DNA of 63,688 nucleotides from a virus (taxonomy: Duplodnaviria > Caudoviricetes), in IMG/VR virus record IMGVR_UViG_3300027851_000027, positions 1 through 63,688 of that record, one strand, 5' to 3'. This document shows positions 34,804 through 44,680 of this stretch, piece after piece. The stretch's first letter is position 1, and every line of letters starts with the position of its first letter. Below the pieces are notes generated by a model. The model worked only from the letters and a program-made list of their open reading frames with translations, was not told the origin of the DNA and made no database searches. The position numbers and the translations under genes were made by a program.

Positions 34804-34905
34804 CAATGCACCGACTCATGCGCCGCGCTCTGCCATGGGCGTTTTTGTGCGCACTCCTGCTGGGCATCTTGTTGCAACTGACTGACTGAGCGCCGCGCAC
34901 AGCGG

Positions 34906-34931
34906 AAGCCGCCTTCGGGCGGTTTTTTTTT
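34906..34931 (+). terminator. Terminator of cI operon
   Basis: gccgcc-ttcg-ggcggt followed by long T run. Confidence 0.9.
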
Positions 34932-34960
34932 CGCCTGTCAGAAGTTTTTTCACTATATGT

Positions 34961-35001
34961 CACCTTTTGGTGTTGACAGTGATATCACCGTCTGGTGTAA
35001 T
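34961..35001 (+). promoter_or_regulatory. PL promoter and OL operators
   Basis: TTGACA(34973)-17-TGTAAT(34996); CACCttttGGTG (34961) and CACCgtctGGTG (34986). Confidence 0.85.
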
Positions 35002-35063
35002 CTCCCCATCGGTTCCAAAACCCGCAGCAACCCGCAGCGGTGCCGACAGAGGGGTGAAACAAG

Positions 35064-35480
35064 ATGAGCTACAGCAGCAATCCTGTCATCGATGCGATGC
35101 GTCACTACGACGCGCTCTATGAGGCATCGGACGCACAAGTCGAAGCCGAGTCCGATCTGGCCGGTGACTTTCTCAAGGCCTGCCAGAAGGTCGATGCGAA
35201 TTCCCTGGCACCGTGGGCTGGCCGGGTGAACGATGACGAGCAGCGCAAGGCTTTGGGTCTGGACTGGTCGGCGAAGAACCTTCCGCAGCGCCAGCAGGCC
35301 CTGCACGAGGTCATGGTCGAGTCGCTGGACTACCCCGATGGCCCAACGATGTGCGAGGCGATGCAGCTCTTGCTGAACGTCGCGTACAGCGCTGATCTAG
35401 TGAACACCCCATCGATGGCGCGCGGCCTGATCGAGCGCATGGGCCGCAGCTTCGCGTTTCACAACAGCGGGGTGGAGTGA
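35064..35480 (+). CDS. Hypothetical protein, first PL gene
   Basis: 138 aa with gagggg RBS. Confidence 0.7.
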   Translation: MSYSSNPVIDAMRHYDALYEASDAQVEAESDLAGDFLKACQKVDANSLAPWAGRVNDDEQRKALGLDWSAKNLPQRQQALHEVMVESLDYPDGPTMCEAMQLLLNVAYSADLVNTPSMARGLIERMGRSFAFHNSGVE

Positions 35481-35764
35481 TGGACGCGCAGAACACACCT
35501 GGGCCGTGGTGGGTCACCGATAACGGCATCCGTGACGCTGGCGGCTACATCGCCCACACAAACAGCGTGCAGCGCTACGAAGGCCAGGAAGCACGTTATG
35601 CCTTCGAAGTTGCTCAACGCGAAGCCGACAAGCGCCTGATCGCCGCCGCTCCTGATCTGCTGAAGCAACTGCAGCACGTTGTGCGCTTCTTCGATCAGCT
35701 CAACCAATCCGACATAGATCGCTACAGCGCAGCCATCGCAAAAGCCACCGGGAGCGCCACATGA
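35477..35764 (+). CDS. Hypothetical protein (TPGPW...LIAAAPDLL family)
   Basis: Common phage early-protein motifs. Confidence 0.75.
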   Translation: MMDAQNTPGPWWVTDNGIRDAGGYIAHTNSVQRYEGQEARYAFEVAQREADKRLIAAAPDLLKQLQHVVRFFDQLNQSDIDRYSAAIAKATGSAT

Positions 35765-36192
35765 TCCGCGCCCTGATCGCATCCGCCCTGATCTGCGCCA
35801 GCGCTCAAGCCGAAGGCATCGCGCCTTCCACGGTCGGCCTGCACATCGGCAGTCACCACTTCACGGCCCGCGAGTCCGGTACATGGAACGACAGCAACCC
35901 TGGTCTGTACGCCCGCTGGGATTCCGGCCTTGTCCTGGGAACCCTGCACAACAGCGAGCGCCGGCAGAGCGTTTACGCGGCCTACGTCATGGAGTCGCAG
36001 CGCTGGAACGGATTGTCTGCTGCCGTAATGGTCGGCGGCATCACCGGGTACTCGCGCAGCGTGTCGCCGATGGCCTCGGCCAGCGTTGCAGCGGCTGTCA
36101 CTGATCGCGCATCGGTGCGTGTTTCTCTGCTGCCAAAGGCGTACCCGAAAGGGTCTGCTGTTGTGCACCTGTCAACTGAGTGGGTGTTTTGA
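35761..36192 (+). CDS. Outer-membrane beta-barrel, PagP-like
   Basis: Signal peptide (AQA), SHH...N..NPG...NS...S.Y pattern, terminal EWVF. Confidence 0.6.
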   Translation: MIRALIASALICASAQAEGIAPSTVGLHIGSHHFTARESGTWNDSNPGLYARWDSGLVLGTLHNSERRQSVYAAYVMESQRWNGLSAAVMVGGITGYSRSVSPMASASVAAAVTDRASVRVSLLPKAYPKGSAVVHLSTEWVF

Positions 36193-36193
36193 A

Positions 36194-36454
36194 ATGAGCA
36201 AGCCATTCGACTGGATGAGCCACCTCGGATTCGAGGTGCAAGACGCTGGTGGCGTGACCGTCATCAACGAAGAAGGCGACATGCGCGAGGCTGACTTGTG
36301 CCATCAGGTCTTGTGGGACGAAATGGTCCAACTCAAGGCCCAGCACGACGCGCTGCTGAAGGCTTGCAAACAAGCCCTGGCCGCGCTCAAGGGCCGTGAG
36401 CATGACCAATTCCTTCGTGACGCCATCGCATCCGCAGAGAAAGGCGGTGCGTGA
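36194..36454 (+). CDS. Hypothetical protein
   Basis: Start MSKPFDW, tightly packed in operon. Confidence 0.65.
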   Translation: MSKPFDWMSHLGFEVQDAGGVTVINEEGDMREADLCHQVLWDEMVQLKAQHDALLKACKQALAALKGREHDQFLRDAIASAEKGGA

Positions 36455-36618
36455 TGTCCCTCGCAAACCTCTTCACCGAACACCTGCTGCGCGCCCGCAT
36501 CTGGTTCTACGAACTGGCCCTGCAGCAGATCGACCCATGCCATGCCGACGTGCCGGAAATCGTCCTGCGCCTGTGCAACCTCTACGACCAACTCGAAGAC
36601 CTGAAAGGACTGTCATGA
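36454..36618 (+). CDS. 54-aa hypothetical protein missing from the ORF track (MSLANLFTEH...)
   Basis: TGATG and ATGA overlaps on both sides. Confidence 0.6.
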   Translation: MSLANLFTEHLLRARIWFYELALQQIDPCHADVPEIVLRLCNLYDQLEDLKGLS

Positions 36619-36941
36619 ACAACACCCAACGAATCAGCGAAGGCCCTGCATCGGCAGCACGCCTGATCGGTGCAGCCCGATGGGAGGCCCACGAGTGCGG
36701 TCACGGGACCTGTGCCGCGGCGGTGGATTGCATCGGCGAGTGCGAGCTGAAAGCTGCAGTTCTGAACCTTCCCGTCATCGACGTCCCGTTTCTCGACTCG
36801 CAGCTCAAGTGCGATCTGCCCATCGAAATGATCGAGCCCATCCCGTCCGTGTTCCGCTGGGCCGAACACCTCAAAACTGCCGCCCTAGTCATCGCCGCAA
36901 TGCTGGCGCTGGCCTGCACTTTCTACGTTTCATCCATCTGA
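36615..36941 (+). CDS. Hypothetical protein with C-terminal TM helix
   Basis: Start MNNTQR with aaagga RBS. Confidence 0.6.
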   Translation: MNNTQRISEGPASAARLIGAARWEAHECGHGTCAAAVDCIGECELKAAVLNLPVIDVPFLDSQLKCDLPIEMIEPIPSVFRWAEHLKTAALVIAAMLALACTFYVSSI

Positions 36942-36962
36942 GCAACACACCGGAGAAATCAC

Positions 36963-37505
36963 ATGCTGAACATCAATGAGCAAGAGCTGAAAGAAGCCAT
37001 CGCACAGAAGGCTGCCGACGAGATTCTGCGGTCGGACGACGACCTGACATCCATGGTTTCAAAGGAGGTGAAGTCACGGCTGGATGTGATCTTCATCGAC
37101 CGCGCCGATAAGCAAATTCAGGCCGCTATCGATCACGCCGTGCAGACCGCATTCGACCGCGAGTACCAGCGCGTCACATCTTGGGGAGAGGCGGACGGCC
37201 CGAAGACCAGCATCCGCGCTCAGATCGACAAGGTGATCACCGGCTACTGGAGTGAGCAGGTCAACGCGAAATCCGGGAAGCCAGATTCTGGCTATGGGGA
37301 CAAGGTGACCCGTGCTGAATTTCTGGTCACGCAGATGTGCGCGAAGGACTTCAGCGAGCAGATGCGCAAGGACGCCACAAACATCACAGGCGCCCTCAAG
37401 GACGGCCTCAGGAACCAGCTCGCCGCCGTCATGGACAAGATGCTCAGCGAGCTGTTCCACGTCAGGAGCCTGCAGGACCAAGGCAAGGTCGAAAAGCCCT
37501 ACTAA
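36963..37505 (+). CDS. Hypothetical protein
   Basis: 180 aa with ggag RBS. Confidence 0.75.
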   Translation: MLNINEQELKEAIAQKAADEILRSDDDLTSMVSKEVKSRLDVIFIDRADKQIQAAIDHAVQTAFDREYQRVTSWGEADGPKTSIRAQIDKVITGYWSEQVNAKSGKPDSGYGDKVTRAEFLVTQMCAKDFSEQMRKDATNITGALKDGLRNQLAAVMDKMLSELFHVRSLQDQGKVEKPY

Positions 37506-37533
37506 GCCACGACCAACCACACAAGAGAGCCAC

Positions 37534-38439
37534 ATGAGCAACGAACTTCAAACCAAACAAACCGGCGCGCTGGCACAGGCATCTGGCCGCATGGCTGTCG
37601 CCGACATCATCAGCCACGTCGCGCTGGTGCAAGAGGTGATGCGCGCGGTGATGAAGCCCGATGTGCATTACGGGATCATCCCGGGCACCGACAAGCCCAC
37701 GCTTTACAAGCAGGGCGCCGAGGTGCTGTGCATGGCCTTCCGCGTGGCTGACACCTATCAGGTCGAGGACCTTTCGACTGCCGACACCGTGCGCTACCGC
37801 GTGACCTGTACCGGAGTGCATCAGGTAAACGGTGTTGTTCTCGGCACCGGCATGGGTGAGGCGTCCAGCGGCGAGGAAAAGTACAAATGGCGCAAGGCCT
37901 GGGACGAGGAATTCGACGCCACCCCTGCAAACATGCGCCGCATCAAGTCTGGCAAGTACAAGACCAAGCAGGTCCGCACCGAGCCAGCCGATCTGGCCAA
38001 CACCATCCTGAAGATGGCGAATAAGCGCGCCAAGATCGCCATGACCATCAACGTGACGGCCTGCGGCGACATGTTCGGCCAGGACCTTGAGGACATGGAT
38101 GAAGCGCTGCGCGACCACCTTACGCGGCATGGGAAGGATGCACCGCCGCAAGACCAGGATCAAGGTCGCCAAGCCCCGCCAGAGTGGCCCGCCGAATCCT
38201 TCGCCGCCCAGCTTCCGCGCTGGACCAAGGCAGTGCAGACCGGAATGAAGTCCGTGGACGACATCCTGACGATGGCCAGATCCAAGGGCGCGCTGTCTGC
38301 CGATCAGGAAAAGTCGATCAAGGCAATCAAGGCCGCGCCCGCCGCCGATGTCACCGACGTGCAGCCCAAGGGCGAGCCTGCCATGAGCGCTGCAGAGCAG
38401 GAAGCGCACGCCGAGTTCCTGGCTGGGCTGGAGGGCTGA
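37534..38439 (+). CDS. Putative single-strand annealing/recombination protein
   Basis: DVHYGIIPGTDKPTLYK.GAE...NTILKMA.KRA; adjacent to YqaJ exonuclease. Confidence 0.6.
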   Translation: MSNELQTKQTGALAQASGRMAVADIISHVALVQEVMRAVMKPDVHYGIIPGTDKPTLYKQGAEVLCMAFRVADTYQVEDLSTADTVRYRVTCTGVHQVNGVVLGTGMGEASSGEEKYKWRKAWDEEFDATPANMRRIKSGKYKTKQVRTEPADLANTILKMANKRAKIAMTINVTACGDMFGQDLEDMDEALRDHLTRHGKDAPPQDQDQGRQAPPEWPAESFAAQLPRWTKAVQTGMKSVDDILTMARSKGALSADQEKSIKAIKAAPAADVTDVQPKGEPAMSAAEQEAHAEFLAGLEG

Positions 38440-38442
38440 ACG

Positions 38443-38685
38443 ATGGACTGGAAAGCGCATAGCAAAAAGATAGCGGATCACACCGCGATGCTGAAAGCCC
38501 TTCAATCCGGGACTGCAACCCCTGAGCAACAGCAAGCCGCTTTTGCGCACCTGCAGTCCGTCAAAAAGCAGCACAACGACGATCTGCGTGATGCGGAACG
38601 CGATGCCCGCAGTGCGTACAGCGAAGGCCGGTCAGAAGGCTACGGGGAAGCTCGTGGCGACATCTGCGGCCCCGGCATTTACTAA
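38443..38685 (+). CDS. Hypothetical protein
   Basis: 80 aa with ggaggg RBS. Confidence 0.6.
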   Translation: MDWKAHSKKIADHTAMLKALQSGTATPEQQQAAFAHLQSVKKQHNDDLRDAERDARSAYSEGRSEGYGEARGDICGPGIY

Positions 38686-38697
38686 TCGGAGAACACC

Positions 38698-40380
38698 ATG
38701 AACATCAAAGCCACCATCGTCCCATTCCAGCAGGGAACCGCTGAATGGATGCAGCACCGAAGCCGCAGCCTGAACGCCAGTGAACTCGCCGTCGCCATGG
38801 GAATTTCCAGCAACATGCAGCGCAATGAGCTGATTCGATGCAAGGCCACCGGCATCCAGTTTGAGCACAGCGATTTTGTCGAGAAGCGCGTTTTCGCACC
38901 GGGTCACCAGTACGAGGCCATTGCCCGCCCGTGGGCGGAAGAAATCATCGGAGAAGACCTGTACTGCAGCGTGTTCGCCGCCGAGGTGGACGGTTTGCAC
39001 GTATCCGCCTCGCTGGATGGTCACACGCTGTTGAACGAAGTGACCATGGAGCACAAGCAGCTCAATGACGAACTGGCCGCCAGCCTTGACCGCGGCATCA
39101 TCCCGGATGAATTCCATCCCCAGATGGAACAGGGCCTGATGCTGACCGGCGCCACGCGCTGCCTATTCATGGCATCCAAAGGCGACCGCGAAACCATGCG
39201 CTGCGCTTGGTACGAATCGCGACCAGAGCTGCGCGCCAAGATCATCCCGACGTGGAAGCAGTTCATGGCCGATGTTGCGGCCTACGTTCCCGCCGCCGTC
39301 GAAGTCAAGCCAACCGGAAAGGCCCCGGAAACCCTGCCGGCCCTGCACATCGTCATTCAAGGCGGCGTGTCGGCCAGCAACTTGGACGAGTTCAAGGAAA
39401 CAGCGCTGGGCGCGATCCGCTCGGTCAACCGTGAGCTGACCACCGATGTGCACTTCGCAGATGCCGAGAAGGCCGTCAAGTGGTGCAGCGACATCGAGGA
39501 CCGCATCAAGGCCGCGAAGGACCACGCACTGAGCCAGACGGCCAGCATCGACCAACTGTTCCGCACCATGGACGAAATCAGCGCCGAAGCGCGCCGCGTG
39601 CGTCTGGACCTCGACAAACTGGTGAAGGCTCGCAAGGAATCCATGAAGGCCGACATCGTGGCCAGCGGTGTTTCCGCAATGGCGAAGCACATCCGCGAAC
39701 TGAACGCATCCATGCCGGCGAATTACATGCCGGTGGTTCCTGCTGACTTCGGTGGTGCCATCAAGGGCCTGCGGACCATCGACAGCATCACGAACGCCGT
39801 CGACACGGAACTGGCCCGGGTCAAGATCGCCGCCAACGACATCGCGAACCGCATCCACGCGAACGTCAAGACGCTGCACGAATCCGGCCTTGTGGTGCAC
39901 GACACCGCTGCCCTGGTGCTCAAGCAGCCAGACGATCTGGCTGCGGTGATCGCCCAGCGGGTTGCAGCAGAAAAGGTGCGAGTCGATGCGATCCGCGCTG
40001 AAGAGCACGCCAAGTTGATGGTGACCGAGAACAACAAGGCCCAGACCGCAATTCAAGAGGCTACACAAGCCGGAGAGCTGCCAAAAGTGCTTGCCGATGC
40101 ACTGAGCGAAACTGCAAACTTCCTGACGGCCAGCTCAGTCGCTGACGCAGCCATCAAGACCGCCGCCAAGAATCCCGACAGCGGCGCCCGCCTCACGCTC
40201 GGTCAACTGAACGACCGCCTTGCCCCGGTCAGCATCAACGTCGCCGGCCTGCATGAACTTGGCTTTGATCCTGTCGAGCAGGTGAAGTCCGCGCGGTACT
40301 TCCGTGAATGCGACTTCCCTGCGATCTGCCGGGCCATCAGCGCGCACGTCCTGGCTGCTTGCGCTACGGAGGTGGCATGA
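38698..40380 (+). CDS. YqaJ/lambda-exonuclease family protein with coiled-coil extension
   Basis: QGT.EW...R....ASE, GH..E..AR, ASLDG, EHK and Q..Q motifs. Confidence 0.88.
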   Translation: MNIKATIVPFQQGTAEWMQHRSRSLNASELAVAMGISSNMQRNELIRCKATGIQFEHSDFVEKRVFAPGHQYEAIARPWAEEIIGEDLYCSVFAAEVDGLHVSASLDGHTLLNEVTMEHKQLNDELAASLDRGIIPDEFHPQMEQGLMLTGATRCLFMASKGDRETMRCAWYESRPELRAKIIPTWKQFMADVAAYVPAAVEVKPTGKAPETLPALHIVIQGGVSASNLDEFKETALGAIRSVNRELTTDVHFADAEKAVKWCSDIEDRIKAAKDHALSQTASIDQLFRTMDEISAEARRVRLDLDKLVKARKESMKADIVASGVSAMAKHIRELNASMPANYMPVVPADFGGAIKGLRTIDSITNAVDTELARVKIAANDIANRIHANVKTLHESGLVVHDTAALVLKQPDDLAAVIAQRVAAEKVRVDAIRAEEHAKLMVTENNKAQTAIQEATQAGELPKVLADALSETANFLTASSVADAAIKTAAKNPDSGARLTLGQLNDRLAPVSINVAGLHELGFDPVEQVKSARYFRECDFPAICRAISAHVLAACATEVA

Positions 40381-40742
40381 AATTCAACCTAATCAACCCC
40401 AGCGATGCCTACCACTTCGAGGCTGACGACCTGCAGATCGCTTCCGTGATGGTCTGCATCCTGGGCAACGGCAAGTACGGCGCCGACGCACTGGGCGCCG
40501 ATTCCGGTGATGAGAACAACGTGCCGATGTTCCTGTTTGGCGGCCATGACGAATGGTTCACCAAGACCTTCGGCATGGACTTCGAGGCCGTAGCCACTAA
40601 ATGCATTGAGCATCGCGCCGACGCAATGGCCCGTGCGTTCGATTCCGTGACACTGACCAGTCCACCACGCAGCAGCATGAACAACATCGGCGGCCGAGCT
40701 CGGTCTTTTGCCGATGGTGTGCGCCGGCAGGCTGCAGCGTAA
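40377..40742 (+). CDS. Hypothetical protein
   Basis: ggaggt RBS, ATGA overlap. Confidence 0.7.
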   Translation: MKFNLINPSDAYHFEADDLQIASVMVCILGNGKYGADALGADSGDENNVPMFLFGGHDEWFTKTFGMDFEAVATKCIEHRADAMARAFDSVTLTSPPRSSMNNIGGRARSFADGVRRQAAA

Positions 40743-41194
40743 TGCCAACCCACAACGACGAAACCCTGCTAGAGCGCTACCAGCGCGAGCACCGGGTATA
40801 CGAGGGGATGAAGATGAGCGAACAAACGATGAAGTGCTACAGCACAGATGACGAAACATACAACCACGCGGATGACTTCTGCGGGTTCATTGACTCCCTC
40901 GACGGCGCAGAAGTTGGTCAGACCTACTACGTGGCCGAGTGCAAAACGCTGGAGCCAACCGAGCCGATCAGCCAGTTCACCGTGGACCACATCCTTGAGC
41001 AGTTTGACGAGGCCATCTACGAAGAAATTGGCGAGGTCTACGACAACGAGTGCAGCTCGGTGGATGGCGTGGCAAAGCTTGAGTTGCGCGAGCTGCTGGA
41101 GTCGTGGGCGCGAAAGCATCTGAAGCTTGGCAGCTACTTCAAGATCATCGGCAAGCCGCAGGCCGTTCAGTTCACCGCCGAGGAATTGCCATGA
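40742..41194 (+). CDS. Acidic hypothetical protein (start may be ~40808)
   Basis: Operon packing. Confidence 0.6.
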   Translation: MPTHNDETLLERYQREHRVYEGMKMSEQTMKCYSTDDETYNHADDFCGFIDSLDGAEVGQTYYVAECKTLEPTEPISQFTVDHILEQFDEAIYEEIGEVYDNECSSVDGVAKLELRELLESWARKHLKLGSYFKIIGKPQAVQFTAEELP

Positions 41195-41415
41195 GCAAAG
41201 CTGAAGAATTGGCGGACAAACTGCTGACCATGCAGCAGTCCGGCCTTTGGTACAGATCGCAAGATGCCGCAGCCGAACTCCGCCGCCTGTCCGCAATCAA
41301 TGTGGAACTGTTGGAGGCGCTGACAGGATTTGTTGATCATGGAACATGCTTCGATGAAATCGATATGGCGAAGGCCCGCGCAGCGATTGCCAAAGCACAA
41401 GGAGAGCAAACATGA
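41191..41415 (+). CDS. Hypothetical protein
   Basis: AAAELRRL...ELLEAL...ARAAIAKA motifs. Confidence 0.65.
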   Translation: MSKAEELADKLLTMQQSGLWYRSQDAAAELRRLSAINVELLEALTGFVDHGTCFDEIDMAKARAAIAKAQGEQT

Positions 41416-41732
41416 TTGACGAACAGAAGCTGCGCTGGCTGGCGCACAAGTTCCTTTGCGAACCGGTCAGCCGGAGCATCACCGAAGTCGAGCAAGGCGG
41501 TGAAGCCATCCTCGCCCTGCTTGACGAACTGCAATCGCTTCGCTCCGAGCGCACGGCATGGCGGGTGACTGCGGAGAACGCGGAGAAGGAGCTTGCCGCT
41601 CTGAAGGCTTCGCTTGGATATCCTGTGGCATATGCGAACCCAGACGACATGCTTTGCGCCGATACATCTTTCAGGTGGGTCCGAATTGGCCGCTGGACCA
41701 ATCCTGTTTACGCAATGAAGGAAACACCATGA
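41412..41732 (+). CDS. Ead/Ea22-like hypothetical protein
   Basis: AILALLDEL coiled coil and PVAY. Confidence 0.55.
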   Translation: MIDEQKLRWLAHKFLCEPVSRSITEVEQGGEAILALLDELQSLRSERTAWRVTAENAEKELAALKASLGYPVAYANPDDMLCADTSFRWVRIGRWTNPVYAMKETP

Positions 41733-42331
41733 AGCGAGTAACCGTAGCCGACGCACCGGCTATTTTGGACACACACGAAAAGGCGTTCTGGGCTATCGGC
41801 TGGAACGCCTGCGCAGAAGCCATCGAGGCCGACCGGGTAAGCCGGGATGTGCCTGAAACGCCGGAACGTGATGCGATTGCGGTGAACCTGTTGCGCCATG
41901 CTGGCATAGATAAGCACAAAGCTCGTGAGTGCGCTGACCTCGTGCTTCTCATGCTCGCAGCATCCACTCAGCCGCAGCCAGTGCAGCGGGGCGAGGTGGC
42001 GTGGCTTGACGACTGGTCTCCAGCACCCCAGCCGCAACCAGTGGCGCAGCCAGTGCAGACCGGCTGGACTAAGGCGCTTGAAATCAGGACTGAGCAAGGG
42101 TGGGACTTGAAAGGAACGGCGGTGCCTGTGCTCTACACCGACTCGATCAACGGTGAGCAGGTTTGCCGTGATGACGTTTGGCTGTGTACAACCGCTGCGC
42201 TTGAGAAGACGCAGCCAGTGCAGCAATGGACGACGGGTTGTATCGAGTGCGGCGGCGTGCTCGGCCACACCCGTATGTGCAGCCAGTTCAGCGGGTACAC
42301 GAACAAGCCAGCCAACCAACAGAAGGAGTGA
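41729..42331 (+). CDS. Mosaic hypothetical protein with QPQPVQ linkers
   Basis: aaggaa RBS, ATGA overlap. Confidence 0.6.
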   Translation: MKRVTVADAPAILDTHEKAFWAIGWNACAEAIEADRVSRDVPETPERDAIAVNLLRHAGIDKHKARECADLVLLMLAASTQPQPVQRGEVAWLDDWSPAPQPQPVAQPVQTGWTKALEIRTEQGWDLKGTAVPVLYTDSINGEQVCRDDVWLCTTAALEKTQPVQQWTTGCIECGGVLGHTRMCSQFSGYTNKPANQQKE

Positions 42332-42333
42332 AC

Positions 42334-42522
42334 ATGCTGACATGCCCAGAATGCGGAAGCGAAGAAGTCGCCGTTACCGCAGAACAGATGTTCATGGCGA
42401 ACACCGGCGATCACTATTGCCACAGCGTCAAGGCGCAGGATAGTGATGCGAAAGCAACGTGTTTAGCGTGCCGATGGACAGGACAGCGGTCTGACCTAAT
42501 TGGCAAACTTGAGGAGGAGTGA
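42334..42522 (+). CDS. Small zinc-ribbon protein
   Basis: CPECGS...CLAC.W; aaggag RBS. Confidence 0.7.
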   Translation: MLTCPECGSEEVAVTAEQMFMANTGDHYCHSVKAQDSDAKATCLACRWTGQRSDLIGKLEEE

Positions 42523-43721
42523 ACATGGCTCTTACCGACACCGAAATTCTTGATGCCTACAAATCCAAAGAAAGCCTGCAAGGGCGCGTAGCGATCACAT
42601 GGGTAGACCATGAAAACAAGACCGTGCTTACAGATGTTGGCCGAATGGCGGCCCGCGCCATCGAAGCCGCAGCCACCACGCCCCTACTGGAGCGCATCGC
42701 AGCCCTTGAGGCAGAGAACCACAACCTCAACTGGGCGCTTGGAACCGAAGGCTTCGACCAAATGGCGACACCGGAAGAACAGGCCGAGCACGAGAAGGGC
42801 CACGCGGAAGTCATGGCCAACATCGACAGACTGAAATCCCGCAGGGAACGACACGACCAGCTTGTTCCAGATGGTGTCGATTACCTAGATTTGATCGAAG
42901 CCCTGACCGCGCAAGTCGAGAAGTCGGAAGTTAAAACCCACGAATCCGGGGGAATTAAAACAGGGCAAGTCGAGCAGGCCGCGCAGCCATTCGGCTATTG
43001 GCATGTCGGCGAGACAGAGGAAGAAAGCGACTTCTTTTTGCATTCAGAGTCTGGCGATGTTTCGTGCGAAAACTGCGTGAAGCTATACACATCGCCACCA
43101 AAGGCGGCGCCACTGACCGATGAGCAGCACCCAGATGATGCCGCCGTGGATCACTTCTCGGTGGCTATGAAAGCCAAGCTTTCCGAAGCGCGTGCGAAGG
43201 GTCGTGGCGGCTGGGAGAACTGTGATCCCTACGTCCTGAGCGACATGCTCCGCGCTCACGTCGAAAAAGGAGACCCCCGCGACGTGGCGAACTTCTGCAT
43301 GTTCCTGCACCTGCTTGGCCACGGAATTTACAAGCCGTCAATCCGGCCTGACTTGGCTGCTGTGTTGCAGGAACTGGACACACCGATAGCTGGGCACCTT
43401 GGTAGCCACAGCGGGGAATTTGTTCCCGGAGCGTCGAATGACTCTAGAGCATTCGACGCCTTCGAGTCGGCTATCCCGTTGGTCAGTTGGGCAGATCATG
43501 AACGGTCGTGCCGGAAGATTGCAGCGCTGTCGTCAGCACCACAAACGAACTCCGCGCAGCTACAGATGCTGAGTGAGTTTGAAGAAGGAACTCTTGTCAT
43601 CGAGCACATGGGCCCTGCAGCACTGGCTGGCGACAGCATGAGCCTGATGGATGCATTTGACAAAGGTGTGAAGGCTGGGCAATCCGCACTCGCGGCAAAG
43701 AACAGAATGGAACTCAAATGA
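42519..43721 (+). CDS. Mosaic protein with conserved phage helical domain
   Basis: HPDDAAVD.F..AMK.KL..AR.KGRGGW...HVEKGDP.DVANFCMFL. Confidence 0.7.
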   Translation: MNMALTDTEILDAYKSKESLQGRVAITWVDHENKTVLTDVGRMAARAIEAAATTPLLERIAALEAENHNLNWALGTEGFDQMATPEEQAEHEKGHAEVMANIDRLKSRRERHDQLVPDGVDYLDLIEALTAQVEKSEVKTHESGGIKTGQVEQAAQPFGYWHVGETEEESDFFLHSESGDVSCENCVKLYTSPPKAAPLTDEQHPDDAAVDHFSVAMKAKLSEARAKGRGGWENCDPYVLSDMLRAHVEKGDPRDVANFCMFLHLLGHGIYKPSIRPDLAAVLQELDTPIAGHLGSHSGEFVPGASNDSRAFDAFESAIPLVSWADHERSCRKIAALSSAPQTNSAQLQMLSEFEEGTLVIEHMGPAALAGDSMSLMDAFDKGVKAGQSALAAKNRMELK

Positions 43722-44113
43722 CAGACCGTGAACTACTTGAGCGCTCTGCGCGGGCGGTTGGAATCGTTGGGTCTTGGGAGAAAGATACAGCCTTCATCCA
43801 AGACCGTTACTACTTCAACGTGCCATATGACCACCACAACATGCTGACCGGCTTTCGATGGAATCCACTCGCTGAAAGCGGCGAAGCTCTCAGGCTTGCG
43901 GTGAGGCTTGGAATGGTCGTTCAGATCGACATTGATGCCGGGGCTACCAGGATACTCAACGAGTACTTCGAGGTGCTGCTTATCCACCTGCACGTCGATG
44001 GAGGCGCAGAGGCAGCCACCAGAAAAGCCATCGTGCGGGCTGCTGCGTCTATGGCACCCGAAGGAGTAGAAGCCGCCCACGGAATCACACCGGCCACGGT
44101 CGAGAAAGGATGA
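43718..44113 (+). CDS. Hypothetical protein
   Basis: DRELLE..ARA.G...WNPL...G.ALRLAV.L...ATR.AIVRAAA family. Confidence 0.75.
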   Translation: MTDRELLERSARAVGIVGSWEKDTAFIQDRYYFNVPYDHHNMLTGFRWNPLAESGEALRLAVRLGMVVQIDIDAGATRILNEYFEVLLIHLHVDGGAEAATRKAIVRAAASMAPEGVEAAHGITPATVEKG

Positions 44114-44343
44114 CCATGAAGATCACACACATAGGAACACCGGCCGCAGAGCGCGTTTGGGTCGGAGCCTGCCGAGGATGCAAGTCTGAAGCCGAAGCCA
44201 CCGAATCTGAGATGACCCACATCACCCACGATCAGCGCGAAGGCGGATCATTTTCTTGGGAAAAGTGCCCGGTCTGCGGAAACGGCGACAAGGGCGGATA
44301 CGGCGGAATGCTGTTCTACCCAAAGTCTAAGAAAGGAGCCTGA
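44110..44343 (+). CDS. Small zinc-ribbon protein
   Basis: CRGC...CPVCG. Confidence 0.7.
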   Translation: MTMKITHIGTPAAERVWVGACRGCKSEAEATESEMTHITHDQREGGSFSWEKCPVCGNGDKGGYGGMLFYPKSKKGA

Positions 44344-44344
44344 C

Positions 44345-44680
44345 ATGCCAACTGACGCACAACGCCGGAACCTTGCCAGCGCTCACCATGCAGAGGTGCG
44401 GGCTTTGAATGAGCGTATCGCACTGCTTGAGCAGCAGCTTTCAGAGGCAAAACGCCAGATGGAAATCCAGAAGGACGAATGGCTTGCTTGGGAATCGAAG
44501 CGGTCGGTCCTTGAGTCGGATGCATCCATGTTCCGATTCATGCTGGACAACGACTGCGACTTCCTGATCCATTCCGATTGCCGTGGCGCATACCTTCCAC
44601 AAGGCGAGCCTTTGAAGGACTACCTTCGCGCAGCCATTACCAGCACACAGGAGCAGACATGCGGCCCAAGCGCAAAGTAG
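44345..44680 (+). CDS. Coiled-coil hypothetical protein
   Basis: aaggag RBS. Confidence 0.6.
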   Translation: MPTDAQRRNLASAHHAEVRALNERIALLEQQLSEAKRQMEIQKDEWLAWESKRSVLESDASMFRFMLDNDCDFLIHSDCRGAYLPQGEPLKDYLRAAITSTQEQTCGPSAK

